A stretch of 62,820 nucleotides of DNA, taken from NCBI GenBank assembly GCA_029210695.1, contig JARGFH010000018.1, forward strand, positions 1 to 62,820, written 5' to 3'. The notes beneath the pieces were generated by a model. The model was not told the DNA's origin, ran no database searches, and saw only the letters and a program-made list of their open reading frames with translations. This DNA comes from Acidimicrobiia bacterium. Its GTDB lineage: Bacteria; Actinomycetota; Acidimicrobiia; Spongiisociales; JAHEDJ01. Of this stretch, positions 9,101 to 19,149 are shown piece after piece. How positions within the stretch are numbered: position 1 is the first letter of the stretch; every line of letters begins with the position of its first letter. Position numbers and translations under genes: made by a program.

Positions 9101-11197
9101 ATGAACACCTTTTTCCTCATTGCCGCCCTGGTAGCCGGTCTGGCAGCTCTTGGGTTAGCGCTGTTCTACGCCCGGGTGGTGCTTGCCGCCAGCCAGGGAA
9201 ACGAGACGATGATCGAGATATCCTCGAACATCAGGGCCGGGGCTATGGCCTTTCTTCGGCGCGAGTACACCTGGGTTGCCGTCTTTGTGGCGGTGATGTT
9301 CATGCTCCTCGGGTTTCTTCTCGACGACGGCTGGCTGAGGGCGTTCGCGTATCTGGCCGGTGCGCTCCTCTCCGCGGGGGCAGGCTTCATCGGAATGCGG
9401 ATCGCCACTGCTGCCAACGCCAGAACCGCCGAAGCCGCCCGAACCGGCGGCATCAAGAAGGCACTTCCACTGGCGTTTCGCGGCGGAGCGGTGATGGGGT
9501 TCACCGTTGCCGGTTTCGGCCTCCTCGGCGTGACCCTGGGATACCTGATCTTCATCGAGTGGAGCGGATTCGACATCGGCCGTGGGGCCGAGATCGTGGC
9601 CGCCATTGGCCTCGGCGGTTCCTCCATCGCGCTGTTCGCTCGTGTCGGCGGCGGGATCTACACGAAAGCTGCCGATATCGGCGCCGACCTCGTCGGCAAA
9701 GTCGAAGCGGGAATCCCCGAAGACGATCCGCGCAACCCGGCGACGATTGCCGACAACGTTGGCGACAACGTCGGCGATGTGGCCGGCATGGGCGCCGACC
9801 TGTTCGAGTCGTATGTGGGCTCGTTGGTAGCCCCGATCGTCTTCGCCGCCCTGGCGTTCGGCGATGCAGTGTTTCAGGCAGAAGCGGTTATTTTCCCGTT
9901 GGCCGTCGGCACGGTCGGCATGCTGGCGTCGATCATCGGATCGTTCCTCGTCAAACCGAAGTCCGAGTCCGATCTCGCCTCTGCCCTGCACCGGGGAACG
10001 AACACCGCCATGGTTCTGGCTGCGCTCGGTGTGCTCGGGCTCTCGTACTGGATCTTCGGTTCGATCGACAGCGTGAATCCTCTCGGCCTGTTCATAGCGG
10101 TGTCGATCGGCCTGCTCGTCGGATTCGTGATCGGCAAGATCTCCGAGATCTACACCTCCGACCACTACAAGACCGTCAAGGAGATCGCGCGCCAGGCACA
10201 GACCGGACCCGCCACCGTGATCCTTGCCGGAATCGCACAAGGGAAGCGTTCGGCTGCCTATTCGGTCATCGTCACGGCAGCCGGAATCGGGGGTGCATAC
10301 TGGGCAGGAGATCTTGCGCTCGGGGCCGGGGGCGGGATCTACGGAGTGGCCATTGCCGCCATCGGGGTGCTCGCCACCCTCGGGATCGTGATCTCCGTCG
10401 ACGCGTACGGGCCGATCGCCGACAACGCCGGCGGCATTGCGGAAATGGCGCATCTCCCACCAGAGGTTCGCCAGGCGACCGACGCTCTCGACTCGCTCGG
10501 CAACACCACCGCGGCAGTCGCCAAGGGCTTTGCCATTGGATCCGCGGCCGTGACCGCTCTGGCCCTGTTCTCGACTTTTACCCAGGCGATCACCAACGCC
10601 GCGTTTGCCAAGGACGTCGTCAACCCACTGGCCGAAGGCATCAACATCATGAATGTCGAGACGACGATCGGCCTGTTCCTCGGTGCCATGTTCCCGTTCC
10701 TGTTTTCCGGGATGACGATCAACGCGGTCGGTCGCGCCGCCAATGAGATGATCGAGGAAGTGCGACGGCAGTTTCGCGAGATCCCGGGCCTCAAGGAGGG
10801 CAAAGAGGGAGTCAAGGCCGAGTACGCCAAGTGCGTCGATATCGCAACCGCCGGGGCCCTACGGGAAATGATTCTTCCCGGATCCCTCGCCGTCATCCTC
10901 CCGCTGCTGATCGGGTTCGTCAACGTCGAAGCGCTCGGCGGATTCCTCGCCGGAGCGCTGGTGACGGGCTTCCTGCTGGCCATCTACATGGCGAACGCGG
11001 GCGGCGCCTGGGACAACGCCAAGAAGTTCATCGAAGCCGGTGCCTATGGCGGCAAGGGCTCCGACGCTCACAAGGCGGCGGTCATCGGAGATACGGTTGG
11101 AGATCCGTTCAAGGACACCTCCGGCCCGGCGATGAACATCGTGATCAAGGTGATGACCATCGTCAGCCTGGTGTTCGCCTCAGCCTTTGTCGGCTGA
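9101..11197 (+). CDS. hppA: Membrane-bound K+-dependent cation-translocating pyrophosphatase
   Basis: GGIYTKAADIGADLVGKVE, DNVGDNVGD, GNTTAA, GDTVGDPFKDTSGP. Confidence 0.95.
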   Translation: MNTFFLIAALVAGLAALGLALFYARVVLAASQGNETMIEISSNIRAGAMAFLRREYTWVAVFVAVMFMLLGFLLDDGWLRAFAYLAGALLSAGAGFIGMRIATAANARTAEAARTGGIKKALPLAFRGGAVMGFTVAGFGLLGVTLGYLIFIEWSGFDIGRGAEIVAAIGLGGSSIALFARVGGGIYTKAADIGADLVGKVEAGIPEDDPRNPATIADNVGDNVGDVAGMGADLFESYVGSLVAPIVFAALAFGDAVFQAEAVIFPLAVGTVGMLASIIGSFLVKPKSESDLASALHRGTNTAMVLAALGVLGLSYWIFGSIDSVNPLGLFIAVSIGLLVGFVIGKISEIYTSDHYKTVKEIARQAQTGPATVILAGIAQGKRSAAYSVIVTAAGIGGAYWAGDLALGAGGGIYGVAIAAIGVLATLGIVISVDAYGPIADNAGGIAEMAHLPPEVRQATDALDSLGNTTAAVAKGFAIGSAAVTALALFSTFTQAITNAAFAKDVVNPLAEGINIMNVETTIGLFLGAMFPFLFSGMTINAVGRAANEMIEEVRRQFREIPGLKEGKEGVKAEYAKCVDIATAGALREMILPGSLAVILPLLIGFVNVEALGGFLAGALVTGFLLAIYMANAGGAWDNAKKFIEAGAYGGKGSDAHKAAVIGDTVGDPFKDTSGPAMNIVIKVMTIVSLVFASAFVG

Positions 11198-11262
11198 CGG
11201 GACAGCACGCGACAACCTTTTGCGTTTGGCGGAGGCGGTGAAACCGGGCATCCTGGCGGGCG

Positions 11263-12522
11263 ATGGAGATCTCGTTCTTGCGCCACGGAGAGACCGAAGC
11301 GAACGTTGCCGGAATATGGCAAGGGAGCAGACACGGCGGCCGATTGACCGGGCGGGGTGAGGCCCAGGCTCTTGTAGTCGCCGGGCGGATGGGCCGGAGA
11401 CCGTATGACCTCGTCATTACCAGTGGTCTGGATCGAGCCGTCGCCACGGGAGCCGCGCTCAACGTCGAGACGGAGATTGATACGGCGTGGCAGGAGATCG
11501 ATCTCGGGCAATGGGACGGACTGACCTTCTCGGAAATCTCGGAGATCTACGGCGATGAGTTGATGGCGGTAGTGACCGGCCAGCCGGTGCCGATGGGTCG
11601 GACCGGCGAGACGCTGGTCGGCCTTCGGGAGCGACTGCTCGATGGCGTAGAGCGATTGAAGGGCCGGCTGAATGACGATGAGCGGGCGCTCGTGATCACC
11701 CACGGCGGAGTCATCGAGCACCTCGTTCGTCTCCACTGGGGTATCGATACACCGACGCCTCCGTTCGCCGGGCCCGCCAACGCGTCGATCACGACCTTCC
11801 GGCATGCCTTCGGCAAGCTCCGTCTGGCCACCTACAACGACACGGGACACCTCGGGACACTCAACGAATGGGCAAAGGATCGCCTTGCCGGCGGTGATCC
11901 GGTGATCACATTCGTTCGCCACGGCGAAACCAACGCCAACCTCGAACGGCGTGTGCAGGGTCAAACAGACTGGGGTTTGAACGAAAATGGTCGACGCCAG
12001 GCCGACTTGCTCGCCTCCTGGTACGGGAGGCAGGACACGGTCTTCACCTCGCCACTCGGGCGGGCGATCGAAACGGCAGCAGCGGTCGCCGCAGACGGCG
12101 CTACCGAACTAGCCGAGCTCGCCGAATTGTCCTTCGGTTCCTGGGAGGGCAAGACGTTTGACGAGGTGCTGGCGGCTGCCGACGGCGATCTGGCCGATCG
12201 GATCTTTCAACGAGGCGAGGACTTGCCACGGGGTGGTGACGGCGAGACGTGGGCCCAGCTATCCGCGCGGATGACCGCAGGTGTAGTGAAGGCGATCAAC
12301 CATGCCGGGGGATCCCGCCGGATAACGGTCGTCTCGCATGGTGGGTCGATTCGGTCCTATGCACTTGGCAACATGGGGGTGGGCTGGCCGGAGGTTCTCG
12401 ACACCATCGTTCCACCCAACACCGCGATCACGCACGTCGTGATGACGCCGGATGGTCCCATTCTGGCGGACTATGCAGTAGCCGCCCATCTCGAGAGCAA
12501 CCCAGAACCTATAACCTCCTGA
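11263..12522 (+). CDS. Histidine phosphatase family protein with two tandem domains
   Basis: Two RHGET motifs, each followed by R, G.W(D/E)G and (T/S)HGG motifs. Confidence 0.88.
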   Translation: MEISFLRHGETEANVAGIWQGSRHGGRLTGRGEAQALVVAGRMGRRPYDLVITSGLDRAVATGAALNVETEIDTAWQEIDLGQWDGLTFSEISEIYGDELMAVVTGQPVPMGRTGETLVGLRERLLDGVERLKGRLNDDERALVITHGGVIEHLVRLHWGIDTPTPPFAGPANASITTFRHAFGKLRLATYNDTGHLGTLNEWAKDRLAGGDPVITFVRHGETNANLERRVQGQTDWGLNENGRRQADLLASWYGRQDTVFTSPLGRAIETAAAVAADGATELAELAELSFGSWEGKTFDEVLAAADGDLADRIFQRGEDLPRGGDGETWAQLSARMTAGVVKAINHAGGSRRITVVSHGGSIRSYALGNMGVGWPEVLDTIVPPNTAITHVVMTPDGPILADYAVAAHLESNPEPITS

Positions 12523-12525
12523 GTG

Positions 12526-13473
12526 ATGATTCCTTTGTCCGACATCGAAGCCGCCAGACACAGAGTCGCGCCGTACATCGTCGAGACGCCGGTCGTCTCG
12601 AGCCGGACCCTCTCGGACCAGCTCGGAACCAGGGTGCTGCTCAAGCTGGAGCTCTTCCAAAAGACCGGGAGTTTCAAGCCGCGCGGCGCCGTCAATCAGC
12701 TCCTTGCCTACGACGGACGCGCCGACGGCGTGGTCGGAATCAGCGGTGGTAACTTCGCCCAGGGCCTCGCCTACGCGGCGGGCCGGCTCGGTGTCCCGGC
12801 CCGGGTCGTAATGCCCGAATCCACTCCCAGCAACTACCTCGATGCCACCCGCGGCTACGGAGCCGACGTCGAGCTGGTCCCAACCATCGCCGACGCCTTT
12901 GTTCGTTACGGCGAACTCGTCGCAGAGGGGTGGGGTCCGATGCACCCCTTCGATGATCCGGACATGATGGCCGGGAACGGAACGCTCGGGCTCGAACTCC
13001 TGGAACAGGTGCCCGAGGTCACGGACGTGATCGTTTCCATCGGTGGCGGAGGGTTCATGGCCGGTGTCACGTCGGCGGTCAAGGCCTGCCGTCCCAACGC
13101 ACGGATCTGGGGTGTTGAGACCGAGGGAGCCGATGTGATGGCGCGTTCGCTGGCGGCCGGATCCCCTCAGACCATGACGCCGACTTCGATCGCCAAGACT
13201 CTGGGGTCGCCGTACGCGGGAGAGACAGCCTTTGAGATCGCCCGGGACCACCTCGAGGAGGTTGCCGTGGTCCCCGACGCGGAAGCGGTCGATTCGATGG
13301 TGTTCCTGTTCGAACGAGCCAAGCTCGTCACCGAGCCCGCCGCCGCCTGCACTCTCGCCGCCGCCCGGAGGCTACGGGGGCGCTTCGAGCCGACGGGAAC
13401 GCTCGTTCTGATTCTCTGTGGCGGCAATCTCTCCGTTGCAGATCTGTGTGCTTTCACCGATCGGTTTGGTTGA
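12526..13473 (+). CDS. PLP-dependent threonine/serine dehydratase family protein
   Basis: LKLELFQKTGSFKPRG PLP-lysine motif, SGGN, IGGGG, EPAAA, LCGGN. Confidence 0.9.
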   Translation: MIPLSDIEAARHRVAPYIVETPVVSSRTLSDQLGTRVLLKLELFQKTGSFKPRGAVNQLLAYDGRADGVVGISGGNFAQGLAYAAGRLGVPARVVMPESTPSNYLDATRGYGADVELVPTIADAFVRYGELVAEGWGPMHPFDDPDMMAGNGTLGLELLEQVPEVTDVIVSIGGGGFMAGVTSAVKACRPNARIWGVETEGADVMARSLAAGSPQTMTPTSIAKTLGSPYAGETAFEIARDHLEEVAVVPDAEAVDSMVFLFERAKLVTEPAAACTLAAARRLRGRFEPTGTLVLILCGGNLSVADLCAFTDRFG

Positions 13474-13563
13474 GATCCGGCATACCGGGCCGACAGGGTC
13501 CTTGTAATCGTCGTCCGGAACGAGTTTGCTACTGAGCGTGACGCCAGAGGAGGCCTTGACCCT

Positions 13564-14871
13564 GTGACCCGCTCGTATGTCCTCGACACCTGCGTGATCC
13601 TGGCCGATCCGAATTCGGTCCTTCGTTTCGATGAGCACGAAGTGATTCTCCCGCTCGTCGTGATCGAGGAACTCGACCGTATGAAGATCCGGCACGATGA
13701 GGTGGGCGCCAACGCCCGATCAGCTCTCCGGTTGCTCGAACGCCTCGGCGCTTCGCGTGCCGGCGGTCTGCGGGATCCGGTGCCACTGCCGAGCGGCGGC
13801 GCATTGAGGATCGAGCTCAACGGGATCGTGTCGCCTCGCCTCCCTGAGGTGTTCGATCCGACCACCCCTGATCACCGGATTCTCGCCACATGCCTGAACA
13901 TGTCAGATGCGGGGGGCGATCCGGTGCTCGTCACCAAGGATGCTGCGCTCCGGATCAAGGGCGCTCAGATGGGCGTACCAGTTGCGGACTACCGGGCAGA
14001 CACCATGCCCGTCGAAGAGCTGTATACGGGCATCCGCGAAGTGTCGGTCGACCGGGGCGTCATCGACCAGCTCTTCGAGGACCACAAAGTGTTGCTACCG
14101 GGCGTCGAAGCGCTGATCAACCAGTACGCCGTGTTGCGGTGCGGGTCGCAGTCGGCCCTGGCCAGAGTCGTCGAGATCAATCCAGAAACGGTCGTCAATC
14201 GCGTCCATGGTCATCCCAGGGCGTTCGGCGTTGAACCGAAGAACATGCAGCAAATCCTGGCTCTCGATCTCCTCCTCGATCCCGACGTTCCTGCGGTGTC
14301 GATCATGGGCATGGCCGGCGCCGGCAAGACGTTCCTCGCCCTGGCCGCCGCCCTCGAGCAAGTAGTCGAGTCGAATCGCTATCGGCGGGTCGCCGTGTAC
14401 CGGCCGCTGGTGGCGGTGGGCCGTCAGGAGGTCGGATTCCTGCCCGGCGATCTCGATGAGAAACTCGAACCCTGGATGGCCGCCATCTACGACAACTTGC
14501 ACGCGCTGTTCAGCGACCTCTCCTCGGATGATGCCCGCGACGCGGTCGATGAATTGCTCGAACGAAACGAAGTCGAGATGGCGGCGGTGACGTTCCTGCG
14601 AGGTCGCTCCATCACCGATGAGATCGTGATCATCGATGAGGCGCAGAACCTCGAGATGTCGACGCTCAAGGTGATCCTGACCCGGATGGGACGCGGATCG
14701 AAGGTCATCTTCTGTGGTGACCTCACTCAGGTGGATAACCCGTATGTCTCACCGTACGGCGGGATGGCTGCCCTGATCGAGAAGTTCAAGGGGTCGTCGC
14801 TGTTCGGCCACGTAACGCTGGAGCGATCGATCCGCAGTCCGCTGGCGGAGCTGGCCGCAACGATCCTCTAG
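13564..14871 (+). CDS. PIN-PhoH family protein (PhoH2/YlaK-type)
   Basis: N-terminal PIN (VLDTCV, EELD, TKD) plus PhoH (GMAGAGKT, GFLPG, RGRS, DEAQN, GDLTQVD). Confidence 0.92.
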   Translation: MTRSYVLDTCVILADPNSVLRFDEHEVILPLVVIEELDRMKIRHDEVGANARSALRLLERLGASRAGGLRDPVPLPSGGALRIELNGIVSPRLPEVFDPTTPDHRILATCLNMSDAGGDPVLVTKDAALRIKGAQMGVPVADYRADTMPVEELYTGIREVSVDRGVIDQLFEDHKVLLPGVEALINQYAVLRCGSQSALARVVEINPETVVNRVHGHPRAFGVEPKNMQQILALDLLLDPDVPAVSIMGMAGAGKTFLALAAALEQVVESNRYRRVAVYRPLVAVGRQEVGFLPGDLDEKLEPWMAAIYDNLHALFSDLSSDDARDAVDELLERNEVEMAAVTFLRGRSITDEIVIIDEAQNLEMSTLKVILTRMGRGSKVIFCGDLTQVDNPYVSPYGGMAALIEKFKGSSLFGHVTLERSIRSPLAELAATIL

Positions 14872-14898
14872 GTATCGAAGGCCGGGTACCAGGGTGGG

Positions 14899-17466
14899 CT
14901 ATTTGGCCAGCTTCGCTCTTCTATCGGCGAGTAGCTCATGCGCCCGCTCGGGTGTGATGGTGTCGGCATCGTCACCTTTGCGCAGGGAGGCGTTCGTGTC
15001 CCCATCGGTCACGTAGGGGCCGTATCGCCCGGATTTCAAGACGATGGGTTTGCCGGACGACGGATCGTCGCCGAGCTCCTTGAGGGGGGCGGTCGCCGCA
15101 GCCTGTCCTCTCCTCCGCTTCGGCTCGGCGAGGAGCTTCAACGCATCTTCGAGCGTCACGGTGAAGAGCTGCTCCTCTGCCTCGAGGCTTCGTGTCTCTT
15201 TGCCCTTGCGGACGTAGGGCCCGTATCGACCGTTGAGTGCCTCGATCGCTTCATCGTCGGCCGGGTCGGCACCCAGCAGGCGGGGCAGGGTCAAGAGCTG
15301 CAATGCCTGCTCCAGTGTGACCTCGTCCAGCGACATCGATTTGAACAGCGACGCCGTCTTCGGCTTATCCTTCGATCCCTCTTCCAGTTCACCGAGTTGT
15401 ACGTACGGTCCGAATCGACCCGCTTTGGCGATCACGGGCAGGCCCGTGTCTTTGTCGGTACCGAGAACCTGGTCTCCGCTTGGCATCGAGAGCAACTCGA
15501 GGGCTTTGTCGACCGTCAGCTCGTCGGGTGCAAGGTCTTTGGGAACGCTTGCCCGGTCTTCGCCACGCTCGAGGTAGGGGCCGTACCGTCCCACTCTGGC
15601 GACGATCTCGGCGCCAGATTCGTCGACGCCGATGGGGATCGAGTTGACGGCCCTGGCGTCGATCTCGGCGAGTCGCGTCGACACCATGTCCCGCAGCCCG
15701 GGACTCCCGTTACCGAAGTAGAAGCTCGACAACCAGGGCGTGGAGTCCTCGTCGCCGTTTGAGATCTTGTCGAGGTCGTCCTCCATCCGGGCGGTGAAGG
15801 CATAGTCGACGAGATCGGGAAAATGCGTCTCGAGGAGGGTCACCGTTGCGAAGGCCGTGAAGGTTGGGACCAGTGCAGTCCCCTTCTTCCAAACGTATCC
15901 GCGATCCAGGATGGTGGAGATGATCGAGGCGTACGTCGAAGGGCGGCCGACCCCGAGTTCCTCCAACTTCCGGACCAGTGAAGCCTCTGTGTAGCGGGCG
16001 GGGGCCTTCGTTTCATGTGCTCCGGCCTCGATGGCCGTGATTCTGGTGAGGTCACCCTCAGCCAGTGCAGGAAGAGGACGCTCCTGATCGTCGAGTTCTG
16101 CGTCCGGGTCGTCGGATCCCTCGACGTAGGCGCGGAGGAAGCCGGGGAACGTGATGGTGCGGCCGCTGGTGGTGAACTCGGCAGACCGGTCGCCCGCCGG
16201 CGCCTCGAGTTGAACCTGAAGTGTCTCTCCGGTGGCGTCGGCCATCTGGGAGGCGACCGTGCGCTTCCAGATGAGCTCATATAGGCGAGCTTGATCATTC
16301 TCGAGTTCGCTCGCCACGTCGGTCGGTGTCTTGAACCGATCGCCTGCCGGCCGAATGGCCTCATGGGCCTCTTGCGCGTTTCGTACCTTCTTCGTATATG
16401 TGCGCGGCTTGTCAGACAGGTACTTCGGGCCGTAGAGGTCTGCGATCTGTGACCTGGCCGCCACGATGGCGGTCTCGGACAAGGTGATTGAGTCGGTTCG
16501 CATGTAGGTGATGTAGCCACCCTCGTAGAGACGTTGGGCGACCGACATCGTCCGCTTGGCGGAGAATCGAAGCTTTCGTCCGGCCTCCTGTTGGAGTGTT
16601 GAGGTGCGGAACGGCGGATACGGGGAACGCCGGTACGGTTTGCGCTCAACAGATGTGACCGTGGCCGCCGCCCCTTCGAGTGACGAGGCCAGTTCGGTGG
16701 CCTGCGCCTCGTCGAGGATCAACACGTCTTCTCGGTTGACCTGTCCGAGTGAATCGAAATCCTTCCCGGTCGCGATGCGTACCTGGTCGACGGCAACGAG
16801 TGGGGCCTCGAAGGTCGTGTCGTCGTTGCCGGGCAAGAGGGTGGCATCGAGCCCCCAATACGAAGCGCCGCGGAAGGCGATTCGTTCGCGTTCGCGTTCG
16901 ACGACCACGCGGGTGGCGACGCTCTGGACGCGGCCCGCAGACAAGCCCTGGCGAACCTTCTTCCACAAGACCGGGGAAACCTCGTAGCCGTAAAGGCGGT
17001 CGAGGATGCGGCGGGCCTCCTGCGCATTGACGAGTTGTTGGTCGACCGAGCGTGGCGAGGCGAGAGCCGCACGGATCGCGTCCGGCGTGATTTCGTGAAA
17101 CACCATGCGCCGGACCGGGATCTTGGGTTTCAGCACCTCCAACAGATGCCAGGCGATCGACTCGCCCTCTCGATCCTCATCAGTCGCCAGGTATAGCTCC
17201 GACGCTTCTCTCATCAGCCGGCGGAGTTCCTTGACCGTGTCCTTCTTTTCTTTGGTCACGATGTAAAGGGGTTCGAAACCGGCATCTACGTTGACGCCGA
17301 GCCGCGCCCATGGTTCACCCTTGAGTTTCTCAGGCACTTCTTTGGCGTTGCGAGGAAGGTCCCGTATGTGGCCGACCGATGACGCAACGGCATAGTCGGC
17401 GCCGAGGTAGCCGGCGATGGTGCGCGCCTTGGCAGGCGACTCGACGATGATCAGGGGTTTGGGCAC
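14899..17466 (-). CDS. topA: DNA topoisomerase I
   Basis: IVESPAK, DEDREGE toprim, SAGRVQS, ITYMRTD catalytic Tyr, repeated GRYGPY/GRFGPY C-terminal domains. Confidence 0.97.
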   Translation of the reverse strand: MPKPLIIVESPAKARTIAGYLGADYAVASSVGHIRDLPRNAKEVPEKLKGEPWARLGVNVDAGFEPLYIVTKEKKDTVKELRRLMREASELYLATDEDREGESIAWHLLEVLKPKIPVRRMVFHEITPDAIRAALASPRSVDQQLVNAQEARRILDRLYGYEVSPVLWKKVRQGLSAGRVQSVATRVVVERERERIAFRGASYWGLDATLLPGNDDTTFEAPLVAVDQVRIATGKDFDSLGQVNREDVLILDEAQATELASSLEGAAATVTSVERKPYRRSPYPPFRTSTLQQEAGRKLRFSAKRTMSVAQRLYEGGYITYMRTDSITLSETAIVAARSQIADLYGPKYLSDKPRTYTKKVRNAQEAHEAIRPAGDRFKTPTDVASELENDQARLYELIWKRTVASQMADATGETLQVQLEAPAGDRSAEFTTSGRTITFPGFLRAYVEGSDDPDAELDDQERPLPALAEGDLTRITAIEAGAHETKAPARYTEASLVRKLEELGVGRPSTYASIISTILDRGYVWKKGTALVPTFTAFATVTLLETHFPDLVDYAFTARMEDDLDKISNGDEDSTPWLSSFYFGNGSPGLRDMVSTRLAEIDARAVNSIPIGVDESGAEIVARVGRYGPYLERGEDRASVPKDLAPDELTVDKALELLSMPSGDQVLGTDKDTGLPVIAKAGRFGPYVQLGELEEGSKDKPKTASLFKSMSLDEVTLEQALQLLTLPRLLGADPADDEAIEALNGRYGPYVRKGKETRSLEAEEQLFTVTLEDALKLLAEPKRRRGQAAATAPLKELGDDPSSGKPIVLKSGRYGPYVTDGDTNASLRKGDDADTITPERAHELLADRRAKLAK

Positions 17467-17514
17467 GGGCAGGGATACTAAGGCGATTGTGGGACTTGAG
17501 GTGAATCTTCCACA

Positions 17515-17626
17515 GGGTTGTGGGTTCTGAGTTCTGGGTTTACTGGTGGTGGCGGGGTCGAATTGTTGGTGCCGGCACTTGACGGTCCGGTGACCTCCAA
17601 CCTAGAACCTATGACCCGGAACTCCA
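17515..17626. repeat. Heptamer repeat element with inverted arms
   Basis: GGGTTGT GGGTTCT GAGTTCT GGGTTTA (17515-17542) and complementary-type GACCTCC AACCTAG AACCTAT GACCCGG AACTCCA (17592-17626). Confidence 0.7.
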
Positions 17627-17673
17627 GACGGCATCCTTTCGCGCCGGGCCCGCGTAGGCCGAGGATGGGGTAC

Positions 17674-17736
17674 TACTGGGTACTCGGTACTCGGTACTCG
17701 GTACCAGCTACCAGCTACCAGGTACTAGGTACCCGA
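17674..17736. repeat. Nine tandem TAC-initiated heptamers
   Basis: TACTGGG TACTCGG TACTCGG TACTCGG TACCAGC TACCAGC TACCAGG TACTAGG TACCCGA. Confidence 0.9.
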
Positions 17737-17787
17737 TGGCCTCGCAACCCGCCCTTGCTGATATCGTTTCGTACCGGAAAGGGTTTC

Positions 17788-19149
17788 ATCATCGAGTCAA
17801 TCCGGCTCATCCGAAAAGGTCCGTTCGCGCGACTGTGGTGGTCCGGCACGGTTTCATCGCTGGGGGACTGGGTGGCGTTGTTCGCCACCATTGCTCTTGC
17901 GAATGAGATCGCCGGCGTTACCGGCATCATCGTCCCCCTGGTTGGTCGGCTGCTCCCCGGTGTCTTCGGCGCGGTGGGAGGTGTCGTCGCAGACCGGTTC
18001 GATCGGAAATGGACCATGGTCATTGCCGACTTCGGACGCGGAGCTCTCGTCCTCTTTCTCATACTCGTGGACAACCTGTTCGAGCTCTTCGTCATCTCCT
18101 TCCTGCTCGAAGTGCTGACCCTGATCCGGCAGCCGGCGCGTGAGGCCAGCATCCCGAACATCGTCACCGAGGAGCAACTCGTCAATGCCAACAGTCTGAG
18201 CCTGGTCAGTGCCTACGGGACGTTCCCGCTGGGATCGCTGGGTTGGTCGGCCGCCACGAAAGTCGGCGAGTGGATTCCCGAGGCTTCGACCATCGCCAGC
18301 CGGAACCTGGCCTTCCTGCTCGACGCGGTGACCTTTGTCGTCAGCGCCCTCATCGTGGCGACCATGGTGCTCGAGACTCCCGAAGTGCCGGAAGAGCGCC
18401 AATCGGAACACAGGTTCGATTTCAAAGCTCCGTGGCGAGATCTCACGGAGGGGCTCCGATTCGTCTTGCGCGAGAAGCACGTGCGCATGATCATCGTCGG
18501 TATGGCAACCGCCTTGTTCGGAGGTGGCTCGCTCTTCGTGCTCGGTCAGCCGTTCAGCGTGAATGCTCTCCAGGCCGGCGACTCCGGTTTCGGGATCCTG
18601 CTCACCGCGCTGGGAACAGGTGTCGGCCTGGGCATGCTGGTCGTGGCGAGTCTGAGTATTTCTGGTCTCAGGTACGAGATCTTCTTCGCCGTGAGCCTGA
18701 TCGCCACGGGAACCGCCACCATGTTCACCTCGCTGGCCCAGACGGTGTTCGGTGCCGGTGGCTGGGTGTTCGTCGTCGGATTGGGGGCCGGTGGTGCCTA
18801 CGTGATGGGTTTCAGCGCTCTTCATCAGCAGGTCGCTGATGAAATTCGAGGTAGAACCTTTGCGGCTCTGTTCACGGTCGTGCGGACCGCCCTGCTGGCG
18901 TCGGTGGCACTCGCCGGAGCGGTGGCTGCGGCGGTCGACGGTCGGTTGCCCCATCCGCTCGACGATGGTGTCCGTGCAGTGTTGATGCTCGGCGGCATCA
19001 TCATCCTGTTGTCGGGCCTCTTCACCTTGTGGACGGTGCGCGGCATGATCAGGCAGCACCGGCTCAGTCCTGAGGCACGAAGAAAACTCCAGGATGCATC
19101 CGAGGCCTTTTCCTCGATGCGCGGGAAACGCCGCCACAAGGACCGTTGA
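17788..19149 (+). CDS. MFS transporter (12-TM, H+ antiporter-like) upstream of tmk
   Basis: GGVVADRFDRK MFS motif A, EIRGR, about 12 hydrophobic segments. Start uncertain: ATC 17788/17791 after RBS, or TTG 17755. Confidence 0.85.
   Translation: MIESIRLIRKGPFARLWWSGTVSSLGDWVALFATIALANEIAGVTGIIVPLVGRLLPGVFGAVGGVVADRFDRKWTMVIADFGRGALVLFLILVDNLFELFVISFLLEVLTLIRQPAREASIPNIVTEEQLVNANSLSLVSAYGTFPLGSLGWSAATKVGEWIPEASTIASRNLAFLLDAVTFVVSALIVATMVLETPEVPEERQSEHRFDFKAPWRDLTEGLRFVLREKHVRMIIVGMATALFGGGSLFVLGQPFSVNALQAGDSGFGILLTALGTGVGLGMLVVASLSISGLRYEIFFAVSLIATGTATMFTSLAQTVFGAGGWVFVVGLGAGGAYVMGFSALHQQVADEIRGRTFAALFTVVRTALLASVALAGAVAAAVDGRLPHPLDDGVRAVLMLGGIIILLSGLFTLWTVRGMIRQHRLSPEARRKLQDASEAFSSMRGKRRHKDR

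Noticed and set aside
17518..17787. Long N-terminal extensions in the ORF track (MFS, and similarly HAD, tadA, holB, clpC, cysS, panC)
   Set aside because: They run through repeats, promoters or upstream genes. Starts were reassigned using RBS/-10 position and family N-termini.
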